Shown here: piece by piece, positions 29,463 through 39,027 of the stretch | Numbering within the stretch: position 1 is the stretch's first letter | How the letters are laid out: the number at the start of each line of letters is the position of its first letter | Assembly (NCBI GenBank): GCA_050293865.1 | Contig: JBNKNN010000081.1 | Coordinates: 1-59,054 of the forward strand | Reading direction: 5' to 3' | Source of the DNA: Hydrogenophaga sp. | Lineage (GTDB): Bacteria; Pseudomonadota; Gammaproteobacteria; Burkholderiales; Burkholderiaceae_C | DNA: 59,054 nt | The notes under the pieces: model-generated | Databases searched by the model: none | Told to the model about the DNA's origin: nothing | Seen by the model: the letters and a program-made list of their open reading frames with translations, nothing else | Translations under genes and position numbers: made by a program

Positions 29463-30887
29463 TCAGAGCGTGAAGATCTTGCCCGGGTTGAGGATGTTGT
29501 CCGGGTCCAGGGCTGTCTTGATGGTGCGCATCATGTTCACCGCAGGCGCGCCGGCCTCGGCGAGCAGAAAGTCCATTTTGTGCAGGCCCACGCCATGCTC
29601 GCCGGTACAGGTGCCTTCCAGCGCCAATGCACGGTTCACCAAGGCGTGGTTCAGTGCTTCGGCGCGCTGATGTTCGTCCGGATCGTTCGGATCGATCAGG
29701 TAGCCGAAGTGGAAGTTGCCATCACCCACGTGGCCCAGCAGAAAGTAGGGAATGCCGCTGTCGTCAGCTTCCTTGACCGAATCGAGCAAGCAGTCGGCGA
29801 GGCGGCTGATCGGTACGCAGGTGTCGGTGCTGATGGCGCGGCAGCCGGGGCGGCTCTGGATGGCGGCGAAGTAGGCGTTGTGCCGGGCGGTCCACAGGCG
29901 GGTGCGTTCCTCGGGTGTGGTGGCCCATTCGAAATCGTTGCCGCCAAATTCGCTGGCTATGTCCTGCACGGTTTCGGCCTGCTCCTTCACGCCCGCCGGT
30001 GAGCCGTGAAATTCCATGAGCAGCATGTGCTCTTCGCGCAGTCCCAGCTTGCTGTGGGCGTTGACCATGCGCACCGAGTTGGCGTCGATGAATTCGCAAC
30101 GCGCAATCGGCACACCCATTTGGATGGTCTGGATGACACTGCGCACGGCGCCTTCGATGGTGGGGAAGGAGCAGATGGCTGCGGAGATGGCCTCTGGCAG
30201 CGGATACAGCTTGAGCGTGATCTCGGTGAACAGGCCGAGGGTGCCTTCGCTGCCTACCATCAGGCGAGTGAGGTCGTATCCGGCACTGCTCTTTTTGGCG
30301 CGGGTGCCAGTGTGCACCACCTCGCCGCTGGCCGTGACCACTTCGAGCGCCAGCACGTTCTCGCGCATGGTGCCGTAGCGCACGGCGTTGGTGCCGCTGG
30401 CGCGGGTGGCGGTCATGCCGCCAATGGAGGCGTCAGCGCCGGGGTCGATGGGGAAGAACAGGCCTTCATGTTTGATGGCTTCGTTCAGTGCTTTGCGTGT
30501 GATGCCCGGCTGCACGGTCACGGTCAGGTCTTCGGCGTTGACCGACAGCACCTTGTCCATGCGGTTGACGTCGATGCTGATGCCGCCTTCCACCGCCAGC
30601 AAATGGCCTTCCAGAGAGGAGCCTGCGCCATAGGGAATCACCGGAACCTTGTACTCGGCGGCCAGCTTCATGGCGTCGGCAACGTCTTGCGTACTTTCGG
30701 CGTAAATCACGGCCGATGGTGGCGTGGTCTCGTAGATGGATTCGTCGGTGCCGTGCTGCTCGCGCACGGCCATGGCCGTGGAACATTGGCTTCCAAAACG
30801 CTGCAGCAACGCATCGATGAATGCCTCGGGAATCGGCCTCAGATTGATAGCGGGCCGCAGGTGGTGGGCATGGCTGGGGGCGTTCAT
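29463..30887 (-). CDS. FAD-binding oxidoreductase (D-lactate dehydrogenase / GlcD family)
   Basis: PYGAGSSLEGH, FFPIDPGADASIGGM, GYDLT.L.VGSEGTLG, GHVGDGNFH, GEHGVG, LNPGK. Confidence 0.94.
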   Translation of the reverse strand: MNAPSHAHHLRPAINLRPIPEAFIDALLQRFGSQCSTAMAVREQHGTDESIYETTPPSAVIYAESTQDVADAMKLAAEYKVPVIPYGAGSSLEGHLLAVEGGISIDVNRMDKVLSVNAEDLTVTVQPGITRKALNEAIKHEGLFFPIDPGADASIGGMTATRASGTNAVRYGTMRENVLALEVVTASGEVVHTGTRAKKSSAGYDLTRLMVGSEGTLGLFTEITLKLYPLPEAISAAICSFPTIEGAVRSVIQTIQMGVPIARCEFIDANSVRMVNAHSKLGLREEHMLLMEFHGSPAGVKEQAETVQDIASEFGGNDFEWATTPEERTRLWTARHNAYFAAIQSRPGCRAISTDTCVPISRLADCLLDSVKEADDSGIPYFLLGHVGDGNFHFGYLIDPNDPDEHQRAEALNHALVNRALALEGTCTGEHGVGLHKMDFLLAEAGAPAVNMMRTIKTALDPDNILNPGKIFTL

Positions 30888-31072
30888 GGGCTGTCTCCTG
30901 ACCTTGTTTGGCCGCCTTGCGGACGGCGGGCCAGCCAGTTTACGCTTGTGCGCCCGTTTTGGGTTTGGGTCGGCCTGCGTGCGCCGCAAAAACGCGATGA
31001 TCGGGCGGGTTCCCGTCAGCCTGTGTCAGCGACAGCCCTGTGCCTGTTGCGGAGACGCTTCAGACGGGCCCG

Positions 31073-31297
31073 TCAGCCGCGGAGGTCGTCCGGTGCTTCA
31101 AGGTGGCTGGGTTGTCCGCTCTGATCGGAGGCGGCGCGGTTGAAGGCAGTGGTCAATGCGTGGGGGTCTTGATCGCTCGGCGGATGGATCACGCCGTCGG
31201 GGTAGGCAGCGCCGGCAATCAGTACCAGTGACCAGGCCGCCATGAGTTTGACGCTTCGGGCTTCGAAGCCAGGCAATACGGGCATTCGCTTGCTCAT
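31073..31297 (-). CDS. small hypothetical protein (74 aa, one hydrophobic segment)
   Basis: AAGGAG RBS 9 nt upstream of ATG; fills the gap between neighbours. Confidence 0.5.
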   Translation of the reverse strand: MSKRMPVLPGFEARSVKLMAAWSLVLIAGAAYPDGVIHPPSDQDPHALTTAFNRAASDQSGQPSHLEAPDDLRG

Positions 31298-31564
31298 GTC
31301 AGTCGTCTCCTTTGCGTGTGAAGGATGCCATTGCACATCCTTCAGGGTTTGCAGGAAAGCGTATTTCACCGCTGGGGATGATGGCGCGCCAGCTCTTTTG
31401 CCAGGGGTTTCACGTCCATGTGTTTCGATGCAGGTGTAACCGGGCCATTTCACCTCTGTTTCACATAGCAGCTGTCGGCTCACTTGGGGGGTTTCCGGCG
31501 AGTCGATGGCTTTTCCGTCAAAATGCTTTGAACGCAACCACTTCATCACGGGGACCACGATTCC

Positions 31565-32137
31565 ATGGGCAAGCGACTGACTCAGATAGCCACCCGCACC
31601 GGCGATGCTGGCACCACCGGCCTGGGAGACAACACCCGCGTGTCCAAGAACAGCCTGCGCGTTCAGGCCATGGGTGATGTGGACGAGCTCAACTCCTATA
31701 TCGGCGTGCTGCTGTGTGAACCCATGCCCGATGACGTGCATGGCTTGCTGGTAGAGATTCAGCATCAACTGTTCAACCTGGGGGGAGAGCTCTCCATCCC
31801 TGGCTATGAGTTGCTCAAGGACGCAGCCGTGTTGGCGCTGGACGAAGCATTGGCAACATACAACGCGCAGTTGCCCAAGCTGGAAGAATTCATCCTGCCG
31901 GCAGGTACCCGCGCTGCGTCGCTGGCCCATGTTTGTCGCACGGTGGCGCGCCGCGCTGAGCGCGCGCTGGTGGCGTTGGGTATCGAGGAGGCGATCAAGG
32001 ATGCTCCGCGGCAGTATCTGAACCGGCTGTCTGACCTGATGTTTGTGCTCGCGCGTGTACTCAACCGCATGGACGGCGGTGATGATGTGTATTGGCGCAG
32101 TGAGCGAATGGGGCAAGGTGGTGGGAGCGATGGCTGA
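31565..32137 (+). CDS. PduO-type cob(I)yrinic acid a,c-diamide adenosyltransferase
   Basis: TRTGDAGTT.L, G.VDELNS, EFILP.G, RTVARRAER, YLNRLSD. Confidence 0.95.
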   Translation: MGKRLTQIATRTGDAGTTGLGDNTRVSKNSLRVQAMGDVDELNSYIGVLLCEPMPDDVHGLLVEIQHQLFNLGGELSIPGYELLKDAAVLALDEALATYNAQLPKLEEFILPAGTRAASLAHVCRTVARRAERALVALGIEEAIKDAPRQYLNRLSDLMFVLARVLNRMDGGDDVYWRSERMGQGGGSDG

Positions 32138-32555
32138 TCGGCCAGCATGGCGGCCCCGGCTGAGCGCTTCGGTCGGCGCGGTGCTGCTCTGGGCGGGACT
32201 CGCTTCAACAGCGGCGTCTGCGCAGACTATGCCCGCCAATCATGCACCGGAGGTGGTCGAGCAAATCGTGCTGGTTTGTGAAGCTGTCTACATGCCTGCC
32301 CGCTCGGTCTGGAACCGGGAGGTGCTGGTGGAGCACGATCAGCACCGGGTGCGTGCCGTGTTCATTGACGGTGTACGTGTCTACAGCTTTTCGGTTCACG
32401 AAAACCTCATCTTCACGGCTTTGGACAACGAACGCATTCAGCTTGACCTTGCAGCGTTGACCTGGCAAAGCGATTTCCGCGGCATGGCCGCGGGCTGGGG
32501 TGAATGTCGCAGTCGCGAGCCTGCGTCGCCTTCTGCTTCCGAACCCCAAAGCTGA
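32130..32555 (+). CDS. hypothetical exported protein
   Basis: Signal peptide ending ASA; overlaps upstream stop. Confidence 0.65.
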   Translation: MADRPAWRPRLSASVGAVLLWAGLASTAASAQTMPANHAPEVVEQIVLVCEAVYMPARSVWNREVLVEHDQHRVRAVFIDGVRVYSFSVHENLIFTALDNERIQLDLAALTWQSDFRGMAAGWGECRSREPASPSASEPQS

Positions 32556-32588
32556 GGAGGCAGTTGTGCAACGCAGCGAAGATGTACG

Positions 32589-33074
32589 TCAGGTCAACCG
32601 GAAAAGGCTGATTTCGACCCGGTCCGGAAAGCGCGCACCCGTGCCGACGAACACGTTCTCTGTCATCCAGGTCAGTGCCGGGTGGGAGACTTCGAAGGTG
32701 GGCACACATCGGAAGTAGACGGCTGCCGGATCAACTGGCTCGCCACGCACCAGCTTGGCGATGTCCTGCGGGCTGGCTCGTCGGATGGCGTGGTTCTGTA
32801 CGAACACGTGTGCACCGGCCCAGGCCTCGTCGTCCAGGGCGAGCAGGTAGCGCGCGTCCAAGTCGGCGCAGGTCTCGCTCACCACCAGTTGAAAATCTGC
32901 GCCACCGGGCAAGACTCTGCCGTTGATGCGGCCCGAAACGGTTCCATCGGTGATCGGTATCACGCGACGCCGGCCTCTGCTGTTCAGGCCTATCACTTCG
33001 CCGGCCTCCATGGGATCGCTGACCTGGACCACCAGATCAGCAACATGTTCAAGCGTGGGTGCGGGTAAGGTCAT
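32589..33074 (-). CDS. DUF3237 family protein
   Basis: RRVIPI..G...G.VLPGGAD.Q, LDARY, YFR..P.FE, W.....FVG.G.R. Confidence 0.88.
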   Translation of the reverse strand: MTLPAPTLEHVADLVVQVSDPMEAGEVIGLNSRGRRRVIPITDGTVSGRINGRVLPGGADFQLVVSETCADLDARYLLALDDEAWAGAHVFVQNHAIRRASPQDIAKLVRGEPVDPAAVYFRCVPTFEVSHPALTWMTENVFVGTGARFPDRVEISLFRLT

Positions 33075-33236
33075 GCAAGGGGTTATACCCGCCATCGTGG
33101 CTGGAGGGCATAGGGATTGACACCTGTCGCCTGGGTGCAAGGCGCGTACGGAAATCTCCTGCTAGTCTGTGGCGGGCGAGACACGTACAACGGTGAAGAG
33201 AAGCCAACGCCCCCAACAGACGGAGACAGCACCATC

Positions 33237-35420
33237 ATGAGAGAGCAGGGCACCCCACCTTTTGTTCCACAGATTCGCCTCTACCAGAACTGGCTGGCCG
33301 AGCACCGAGGCTTGCACTTCGAGGACTACGCATCACTGTGGAAGTGGTCCACCACAGAGCTGGATGCTTTTTGGCAAAGCATTTGGGATTATTTCGACAT
33401 GCAGTCGCCCACGCCGCACAGTGGCGTCCTCGCGCGCAACACCATGCCAGGCGCTCAGTGGTTTCCAGGCGCGCAAGTGAACTACGCGCAGCAGGTGATG
33501 CGTCATGTCAGAGCGGCGGATGAGGCAGGCATGCTGGCGCTCATCGGAAGCAACGAGAAAGGGCAGCGAACGGCGTTGTCCTGGCCCGAACTGCAGCGAC
33601 AAGTGGCAGCCCTCGCCTTGCATTTGCGCGAACAAGGTGTAGCGCCGGGGGATCGTGTGGCTGCATATCTGCCCAACATCGCCGAAACAGCTGTGGCATT
33701 TCTGGCGGTCGTGAGCATTGGCGCTGTGTGGAGTGTGTGTGCGCCGGACATGGGCACGAATGCCGTGCTTGACCGTTTCAAGCAGATTGAGCCGGTGGCG
33801 CTCATCGCCTGTGATGGCGTCACCTACGGCGGCAAAGACCACGACCGCTTGAGCGTGGTGGCCGAGTTGCGCGCAGCCCTGCCAACGGTGCGCCACGTGG
33901 TGCTCCACACGAATCTGGCCCGGACTGACAGGGAGCGGCGAGCGGCATTGGCGCAAGCGGAGCCTTGCGCCTGCTGGGCAGAGGTGGTGGCGCGCGAAGA
34001 TGCGGAAGTAGAGACGTTCGAGCCGGTGTGGTTGCCGTTTGACCATCCGCTGTGGATTGTGTATTCCAGCGGCACCACCGGCATGCCCAAACCCATCGTG
34101 CATGGGCATGGAGGCACCATCATCGTGGCGCTGGCGCTCAAAACCCTGCACAACGACGTGGGCTGCAGCTACCACCCCAACAGCTGGGGTGAGCGCTACC
34201 ACTGGTACAGCTCCACCGGCTGGGTGATGTGGAACGCGCAACTGAGCGGCCTGCTCAACGGCACCACCTGCGTGATCTACGACGGCAACCCCGGTGGCAG
34301 CAAAGAGCGCCCTGACTGGACAACGCTCTGGCGCTTTGCTGCTGACAATGCAGTGACGTTTTTTGGCGCTGGTGCGGCGTTCTATGCCAACTGCCTGAAG
34401 GCGGAAGTGGACTTGTCGACCTGCGGAGACCTGTCCACCGTGCGGGCATTGGGCAGCACCGGATCGCCCTTGTCGGAGGAAGCGCAGAACTGGGGCACCG
34501 AACAATTCCGGCGTCTGTGGAGCGCTACCGCAGCGGACCATACGCAACGGTGGAGCGTGGGGGCCGAAGGTTCGCCGCAGGGCAGCCCCAAGGCGAACCA
34601 GCCCCCCGACATCTGGTGGTGCAATATCTCCGGCGGCACCGACTTCGCCGGCGCCTTCATCGGCGGTCACCGCGAATTGCCGCAAACGCCGGGCCGCATG
34701 CAATGCCGGCTGCTCGGTTGTGCCGTGGAAAGCTGGAACGAGTCCGGTCAACCGGTCATCGACGAAGTGGGTGAACTGGTGTGCGCGCAACCGATTCCGT
34801 CCATGCCGCTGTACTTCGTGGGAGACGTGGACAACAAGCGCCTGCTTGGCAGCTATTTCGATATGTATCCGCCAGGCCAAGGGCGCAAACCCGGTGGAGG
34901 AAATCTAGAGAAAGAATCGGGCGCCGTCTGGCGGCATGGCGACTGGTTGCGGATCTACCCCGATGGTTCCTGCGTGATCTATGGCCGGTCCGATGCCACC
35001 ATCAACCGCCATGGCCTGCGCATGGGCACGAGCGAGCTATACAGCGCGGTTGAAGCCTTGCCCGAGGTGATGGACTCCTTGGTGGTGGACCTGGAGTATC
35101 TGGGGCGCGAGAGCTACATGCCCTTGTTTGTGGTGCTGCGCGAGGGCATGACACTCGACGATGCACTCAAGGTCAAGATCACAGCCGCTGTACGAACGGC
35201 CTTGTCGCCGCGATTTGTCCCTGACGAGATGTTCCAGGTCGCAGAAATTCCACGCACGCTCTCAGGCAAAAAACAGGAGCTGCCCATCAAGAAGCTGCTG
35301 CTGGGGCAGCCGCTGGAGAAGGTCATCAACAAGGAAGCCATGGCCAACCCCGGGTGCCTGGACTGGTACGTGGGCTTTGCTGGTCAGCACGCTTCCCGGT
35401 TGAAGGCATCCCAGACTTGA
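33237..35420 (+). CDS. acetoacetate--CoA ligase
   Basis: Y..L..WS, PGA.WFPGA..NYA, YSSGTTG.PK.I.H, SGGTD, WRHGDW, GRSDATINR.G.R.G, PRTLSGKK.E.P.K. Confidence 0.93.
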   Translation: MREQGTPPFVPQIRLYQNWLAEHRGLHFEDYASLWKWSTTELDAFWQSIWDYFDMQSPTPHSGVLARNTMPGAQWFPGAQVNYAQQVMRHVRAADEAGMLALIGSNEKGQRTALSWPELQRQVAALALHLREQGVAPGDRVAAYLPNIAETAVAFLAVVSIGAVWSVCAPDMGTNAVLDRFKQIEPVALIACDGVTYGGKDHDRLSVVAELRAALPTVRHVVLHTNLARTDRERRAALAQAEPCACWAEVVAREDAEVETFEPVWLPFDHPLWIVYSSGTTGMPKPIVHGHGGTIIVALALKTLHNDVGCSYHPNSWGERYHWYSSTGWVMWNAQLSGLLNGTTCVIYDGNPGGSKERPDWTTLWRFAADNAVTFFGAGAAFYANCLKAEVDLSTCGDLSTVRALGSTGSPLSEEAQNWGTEQFRRLWSATAADHTQRWSVGAEGSPQGSPKANQPPDIWWCNISGGTDFAGAFIGGHRELPQTPGRMQCRLLGCAVESWNESGQPVIDEVGELVCAQPIPSMPLYFVGDVDNKRLLGSYFDMYPPGQGRKPGGGNLEKESGAVWRHGDWLRIYPDGSCVIYGRSDATINRHGLRMGTSELYSAVEALPEVMDSLVVDLEYLGRESYMPLFVVLREGMTLDDALKVKITAAVRTALSPRFVPDEMFQVAEIPRTLSGKKQELPIKKLLLGQPLEKVINKEAMANPGCLDWYVGFAGQHASRLKASQT
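34521..34607. repeat. palindromic REP-like element inserted in frame in the ligase gene
   Basis: GGTTCGCC-N15-GGCGAACC hairpin flanked by G5 and C6 runs; encodes an atypical loop before DIWWCNISGGTD; boundaries approximate. Confidence 0.55.
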
Positions 35421-35450
35421 AGTCAGCGATCAGCCCTCGGTGTTCATCGC

Positions 35451-36479
35451 TCAGCCGCCCCGTGCCCGAGCCAGCAAGGCTTCGTAGCTCACGTGCTGGG
35501 GAGCGGCGCTGCCCACGGTGATGTACACCCCGCCGTCGCCCACCCGCAGCAGCACCCTGGGTCCGTCCACAACGTCCACCTGTACTTCGCCGCTTGCCGG
35601 CAAGATGATGGCGTCGCCCGCTGCGCGCGTCACGTACGCCAGCGGCTGCAAGGTTTTGGCGAAGAGGTCGTAGTTGCCGGCTGGCATGCCACTGCCGCCC
35701 ATGACACCGTTGGAAGTGAAGCGTCCGCTGAAGGCCCAGTGGCAGGCCGTGCCGTCGGGGGTCATTTTCGATTCGAGGTTGCGCCAGCGCTCGGCAAATG
35801 CCTTGCCATCGGCCGAACCTGAAATGCTGGCGTCATCCGCATGAACACTCGCGTTGCAGCGCCCGCCGGAAGAGCGCACCGTGAGGTTCGACATCTGATA
35901 GTGCAACTGCGCGCGAGGCGAGCGCGTGGACATGTCCATGTTGATGCGCACGTTGTCGCCAGCACCTGCGCTGACGCTGGCGCTGCCGTTGTAGGTTTTC
36001 AGATCGCCACCGAGCGCGATGATGCAGGACGAAAAGCCAAGGGTCACGTTGTCGCCGTTGTCGTCGATCGTGACCTGGCCGCCGGCAGGACAGGGCGTTG
36101 TTCTGCTGGCCTTGGCGATCAGTTCAACGGCCTGATCGCTTGCTGCGCCACTGCGCGCTGTTCCCGTGGCTGCATCGCGGCCGTTGAGTGCATCGCTTGT
36201 GGCCAGACCGATGCCGCCCTCAATCGGTGTGCTGCCTGTCCCAAACTGCTGCACAAAGGCGCGCATGGCCGTGGTGACTTCGGGGGAGTCGAAACTGGCC
36301 TCGCGGGTGCCGGCGTTGGCCGCTGCGCCGCTGTCGTCATCGGTGCTGCCGCCGCCGCCACACGCGCTCAGCCAGACCGGTCCAATGCCAAGGGCAAAGG
36401 CCAGCAAAAGCTTGCGGCTTGACGGGACAGAAAGAGTGGAGCACCTGGATGGGTGCAAGCGGTGAGAAGCAGTCTTCAT
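35451..36479 (-). CDS. hypothetical lipoprotein (beta-rich)
   Basis: LSACGGGG lipobox; C..GG.V......F..C motif. Confidence 0.75.
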   Translation of the reverse strand: MKTASHRLHPSRCSTLSVPSSRKLLLAFALGIGPVWLSACGGGGSTDDDSGAAANAGTREASFDSPEVTTAMRAFVQQFGTGSTPIEGGIGLATSDALNGRDAATGTARSGAASDQAVELIAKASRTTPCPAGGQVTIDDNGDNVTLGFSSCIIALGGDLKTYNGSASVSAGAGDNVRINMDMSTRSPRAQLHYQMSNLTVRSSGGRCNASVHADDASISGSADGKAFAERWRNLESKMTPDGTACHWAFSGRFTSNGVMGGSGMPAGNYDLFAKTLQPLAYVTRAAGDAIILPASGEVQVDVVDGPRVLLRVGDGGVYITVGSAAPQHVSYEALLARARGG

Positions 36480-36559
36480 GGTGGCTGACTTTCAGGGAAA
36501 GTGAATGGGCTCCGTTCGGTGGGTGGAGAGCAGTGTCCGGCAACGAAAGCGGCCAGCCC

Positions 36560-36577
36560 ATAGGCTGATCGGCCTAT
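36560..36577. promoter_or_regulatory. candidate NarL-type 7-2-7 inverted repeat
   Basis: ATAGGCTG-AT-CGGCCTAT between the divergent lipoprotein and response regulator genes. Confidence 0.5.
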
Positions 36578-36630
36578 CCCAATTTGCGGGCGGTATTGGC
36601 TATGCTGGGCGACGTTCGTACACTGCGCTG

Positions 36631-37317
36631 ATGCACGAGATGGAAGAACTTGGTCTGTTGCTGGTCGATGACCACCCCCTGTTTCGCGACAGTGTCGTCA
36701 TGGCACTGCGCCAGTTGCGGCCGCATGTCGATGTGGAAGCGGTGTCTACCGTTGACGAGGCCACGCAGTGCCTGCAAGCGCAACCACAGCGGTTCGATCT
36801 GGTGCTGGTGGACTACAAGCTGCCCGGATGCGATGGCATTTGCGCGGCGGTGGAGATGGGCATGCAGCATCCGGGCGTGAGCTTTGGGCTGATCACCGGC
36901 GAAGACGATCCGGCCCTGCCTGAACGCGCCGCGGCCGCCGGCCTGGTGGCCTGCCTGACCAAGTCCCTGGAGATGGAAGAGTTGCTTGGTGCACTGGAGA
37001 GCCTGGCCCAGGGAAGAACCGTGTTCTCCAGCGTTGCGTTCGGCGCCAAGGGCGAAGCCAAAGGCCATGCTTTGCTGCCCGACTTCGGCCTGTCTCCGCG
37101 CCAGATGGAAGTGCTCCGGTGTTTGTCCACGGGAGCGAGCAACAAGGTGATCGCGCAGGAGATGGGCATTTCTCCGGCAACGGTGAAGAACCACCTGGAC
37201 ATCATTTTTGACAAGATGGGCGTCACCAACCGCATGCAAGCCGTCATGCTGGCCAAGGCGGCCGGCGTCATCGCGGTGGCGGCTGACGCACCGAAGCAGG
37301 GGAACACCTCGGGATGA
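36631..37317 (+). CDS. NarL/LuxR family response regulator
   Basis: VDDHPLFR, LVD..LPG.DG, LSPRQ.EVL....G.SNK.IA...TVK.H. Confidence 0.92.
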   Translation: MHEMEELGLLLVDDHPLFRDSVVMALRQLRPHVDVEAVSTVDEATQCLQAQPQRFDLVLVDYKLPGCDGICAAVEMGMQHPGVSFGLITGEDDPALPERAAAAGLVACLTKSLEMEELLGALESLAQGRTVFSSVAFGAKGEAKGHALLPDFGLSPRQMEVLRCLSTGASNKVIAQEMGISPATVKNHLDIIFDKMGVTNRMQAVMLAKAAGVIAVAADAPKQGNTSG

Positions 37318-39017
37318 ATGCTTCGCCCGCTGCGGCGCCCCTGCCAACCGACAGGAACCTGGTCGACCATGAGGTGTTGCGGCTGAGCCTGGAGGCGCCG
37401 GCTCGCGCTGCGCTGTGGCAGTTTCTTATCGCAGTGCTGATGGCCTTCTACTTTGGCGACGATCAACGCCCCTGGATCGCTGCACTGTGGCTGAGCCTGG
37501 TCATGGCGAGCTTTGCCGGGCGCGTCTTTCTGCGCCTGCCCTTGCCGGGCCTGGATCCTGACGCCATTCGCAACACCTTGCGCCGACACCGCCATCGCGT
37601 ATTGTTCAGTGCCTTTGCCTGGGGCAGTGCCGGCGTCTTGCTGTTCGACAGAGCCGATCCCGCCCGGCAAATGGGACTCACAGTGGCGCTGGTCTCGACC
37701 TGCATTGCGTTTTCCTTTTCTGCCACCGCCCACGGCGCCACCATTCGGCGATCGCTTCCGCTGTTGATTGGACCGGTTGTCGTCAACCTCATCCTCAGTC
37801 CCTACCCCTACATGTGGGTGCTCGGTCTGATCGGTGGAAGTTTCACCGTGCTCATGCTTCGCCTGGTCTCGGCGCGCAGCCGACAACTGGAAGAGAACAT
37901 TGTCTTGCGCATCGAAGCCCAGCGGGCACGAGAAGAAAAGCAGCGCTTCTTCGCCGCCGCCAGCCATGACTTGCGCCAGCCGCTGCAAGCCCTGAATCTT
38001 TACCACTCCCTCATGGCCAGGGGAGACACCTCTCCCGACGTGGTGCAGCAAATGGGCGCGTGCGTTCAAGCACTGGATCGGTTGCTCGAAGGCATCCTCG
38101 ATGTCTCTCGGCTCGATGCGGGGCAGGTGCAGCCCAACATCGCACCGGTGCATTTGTCAGAACTGATGCTGCGTGTCTTCAGCCTTCACGATGCTTCGGC
38201 GCGGGCCAAAGGCTTGAGGCTGCGACTGCACACGGTGGACCGCTGGGTCATGACCGATGCCTATCTGGCCGAGCGCATCCTGTCGAATCTGGTGACCAAT
38301 GCGATTCGCTACACCGACCAGGGTGGCGTGCTCATGGCGGCGCGTCTTGGCCGGGGCGGTGTGCGGCTTCAGGTCATCGACACGGGTCGAGGCATCGAGG
38401 CTGCATCGCTGCCAACCGTGTTCCGGGAGTTCACGCAGTTGAACAACCCGCAAAGGGATGCGGCACAAGGGACGGGCCTGGGCTTGGCCATTGTTCAGCG
38501 CCTCGCCCGCTTGCTGGGGCACGAGTTGAGCGTGCGTTCTGTGCCCGGCCGCGGGAGCTGTTTCGAGGTGCGGTTTCCTTGCATTCCCAAAGCGCGTGAA
38601 ACGGGTGAATCTGCTGCTGCGAGCAAACGCTCTGTCGAACCTGCGAGCGAGTCCGGCGCAGAGGGTCTGAGCGTGCTGGTGGTGGAGGACAACCCGCTGG
38701 TGCGAGACGGACTGCAGGAGTTGCTCAAGAGCTGGGGCATGCGCGTGACGGTGCTGGGTGATGCAGATCAGGCAATGTCACTGCTGGCGCAAGAGGCAGA
38801 GAGGATTGATGCCGTCATCAGCGATTGGCGCCTGCCTGGCGACACCGATGGCTTGCAGCTGTTGATGTCGGCACGCGAGCGTTACGGCATCAGCCGCCTC
38901 ATCCTGCTCACCGGCGAGAGCGAACCGCCGGTGGCAGACGGGGTCACGGTGTTGGGAAAGCCGGTCAGGCCATTGCGCTTGAGAGCGAGCCTGACCCGAG
39001 CAAGTCAAGACGTCTGA
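37314..39017 (+). CDS. hybrid sensor histidine kinase / receiver
   Basis: N-terminal TM region, FFAAASHDLRQPL, NL..NAIRYT, GLGLAIV, C-terminal REC; ATGA overlap with the regulator. Confidence 0.93.
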   Translation: MNASPAAAPLPTDRNLVDHEVLRLSLEAPARAALWQFLIAVLMAFYFGDDQRPWIAALWLSLVMASFAGRVFLRLPLPGLDPDAIRNTLRRHRHRVLFSAFAWGSAGVLLFDRADPARQMGLTVALVSTCIAFSFSATAHGATIRRSLPLLIGPVVVNLILSPYPYMWVLGLIGGSFTVLMLRLVSARSRQLEENIVLRIEAQRAREEKQRFFAAASHDLRQPLQALNLYHSLMARGDTSPDVVQQMGACVQALDRLLEGILDVSRLDAGQVQPNIAPVHLSELMLRVFSLHDASARAKGLRLRLHTVDRWVMTDAYLAERILSNLVTNAIRYTDQGGVLMAARLGRGGVRLQVIDTGRGIEAASLPTVFREFTQLNNPQRDAAQGTGLGLAIVQRLARLLGHELSVRSVPGRGSCFEVRFPCIPKARETGESAAASKRSVEPASESGAEGLSVLVVEDNPLVRDGLQELLKSWGMRVTVLGDADQAMSLLAQEAERIDAVISDWRLPGDTDGLQLLMSARERYGISRLILLTGESEPPVADGVTVLGKPVRPLRLRASLTRASQDV

Positions 39018-39027
39018 CGACGCTGGA

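Noticed and set aside
29301-31124. Long plus-strand ORFs (29148-30002 distal part, 30006-31124) and similar ones such as 44-1255, 33333-34880 and 36813-38153
   Set aside because: Antisense shadows of well-supported genes, expected from GC-rich codon bias
31457-31472. Fifth parS candidate TGTTTCACATAGCAGC
   Set aside because: Only the left half-site matches
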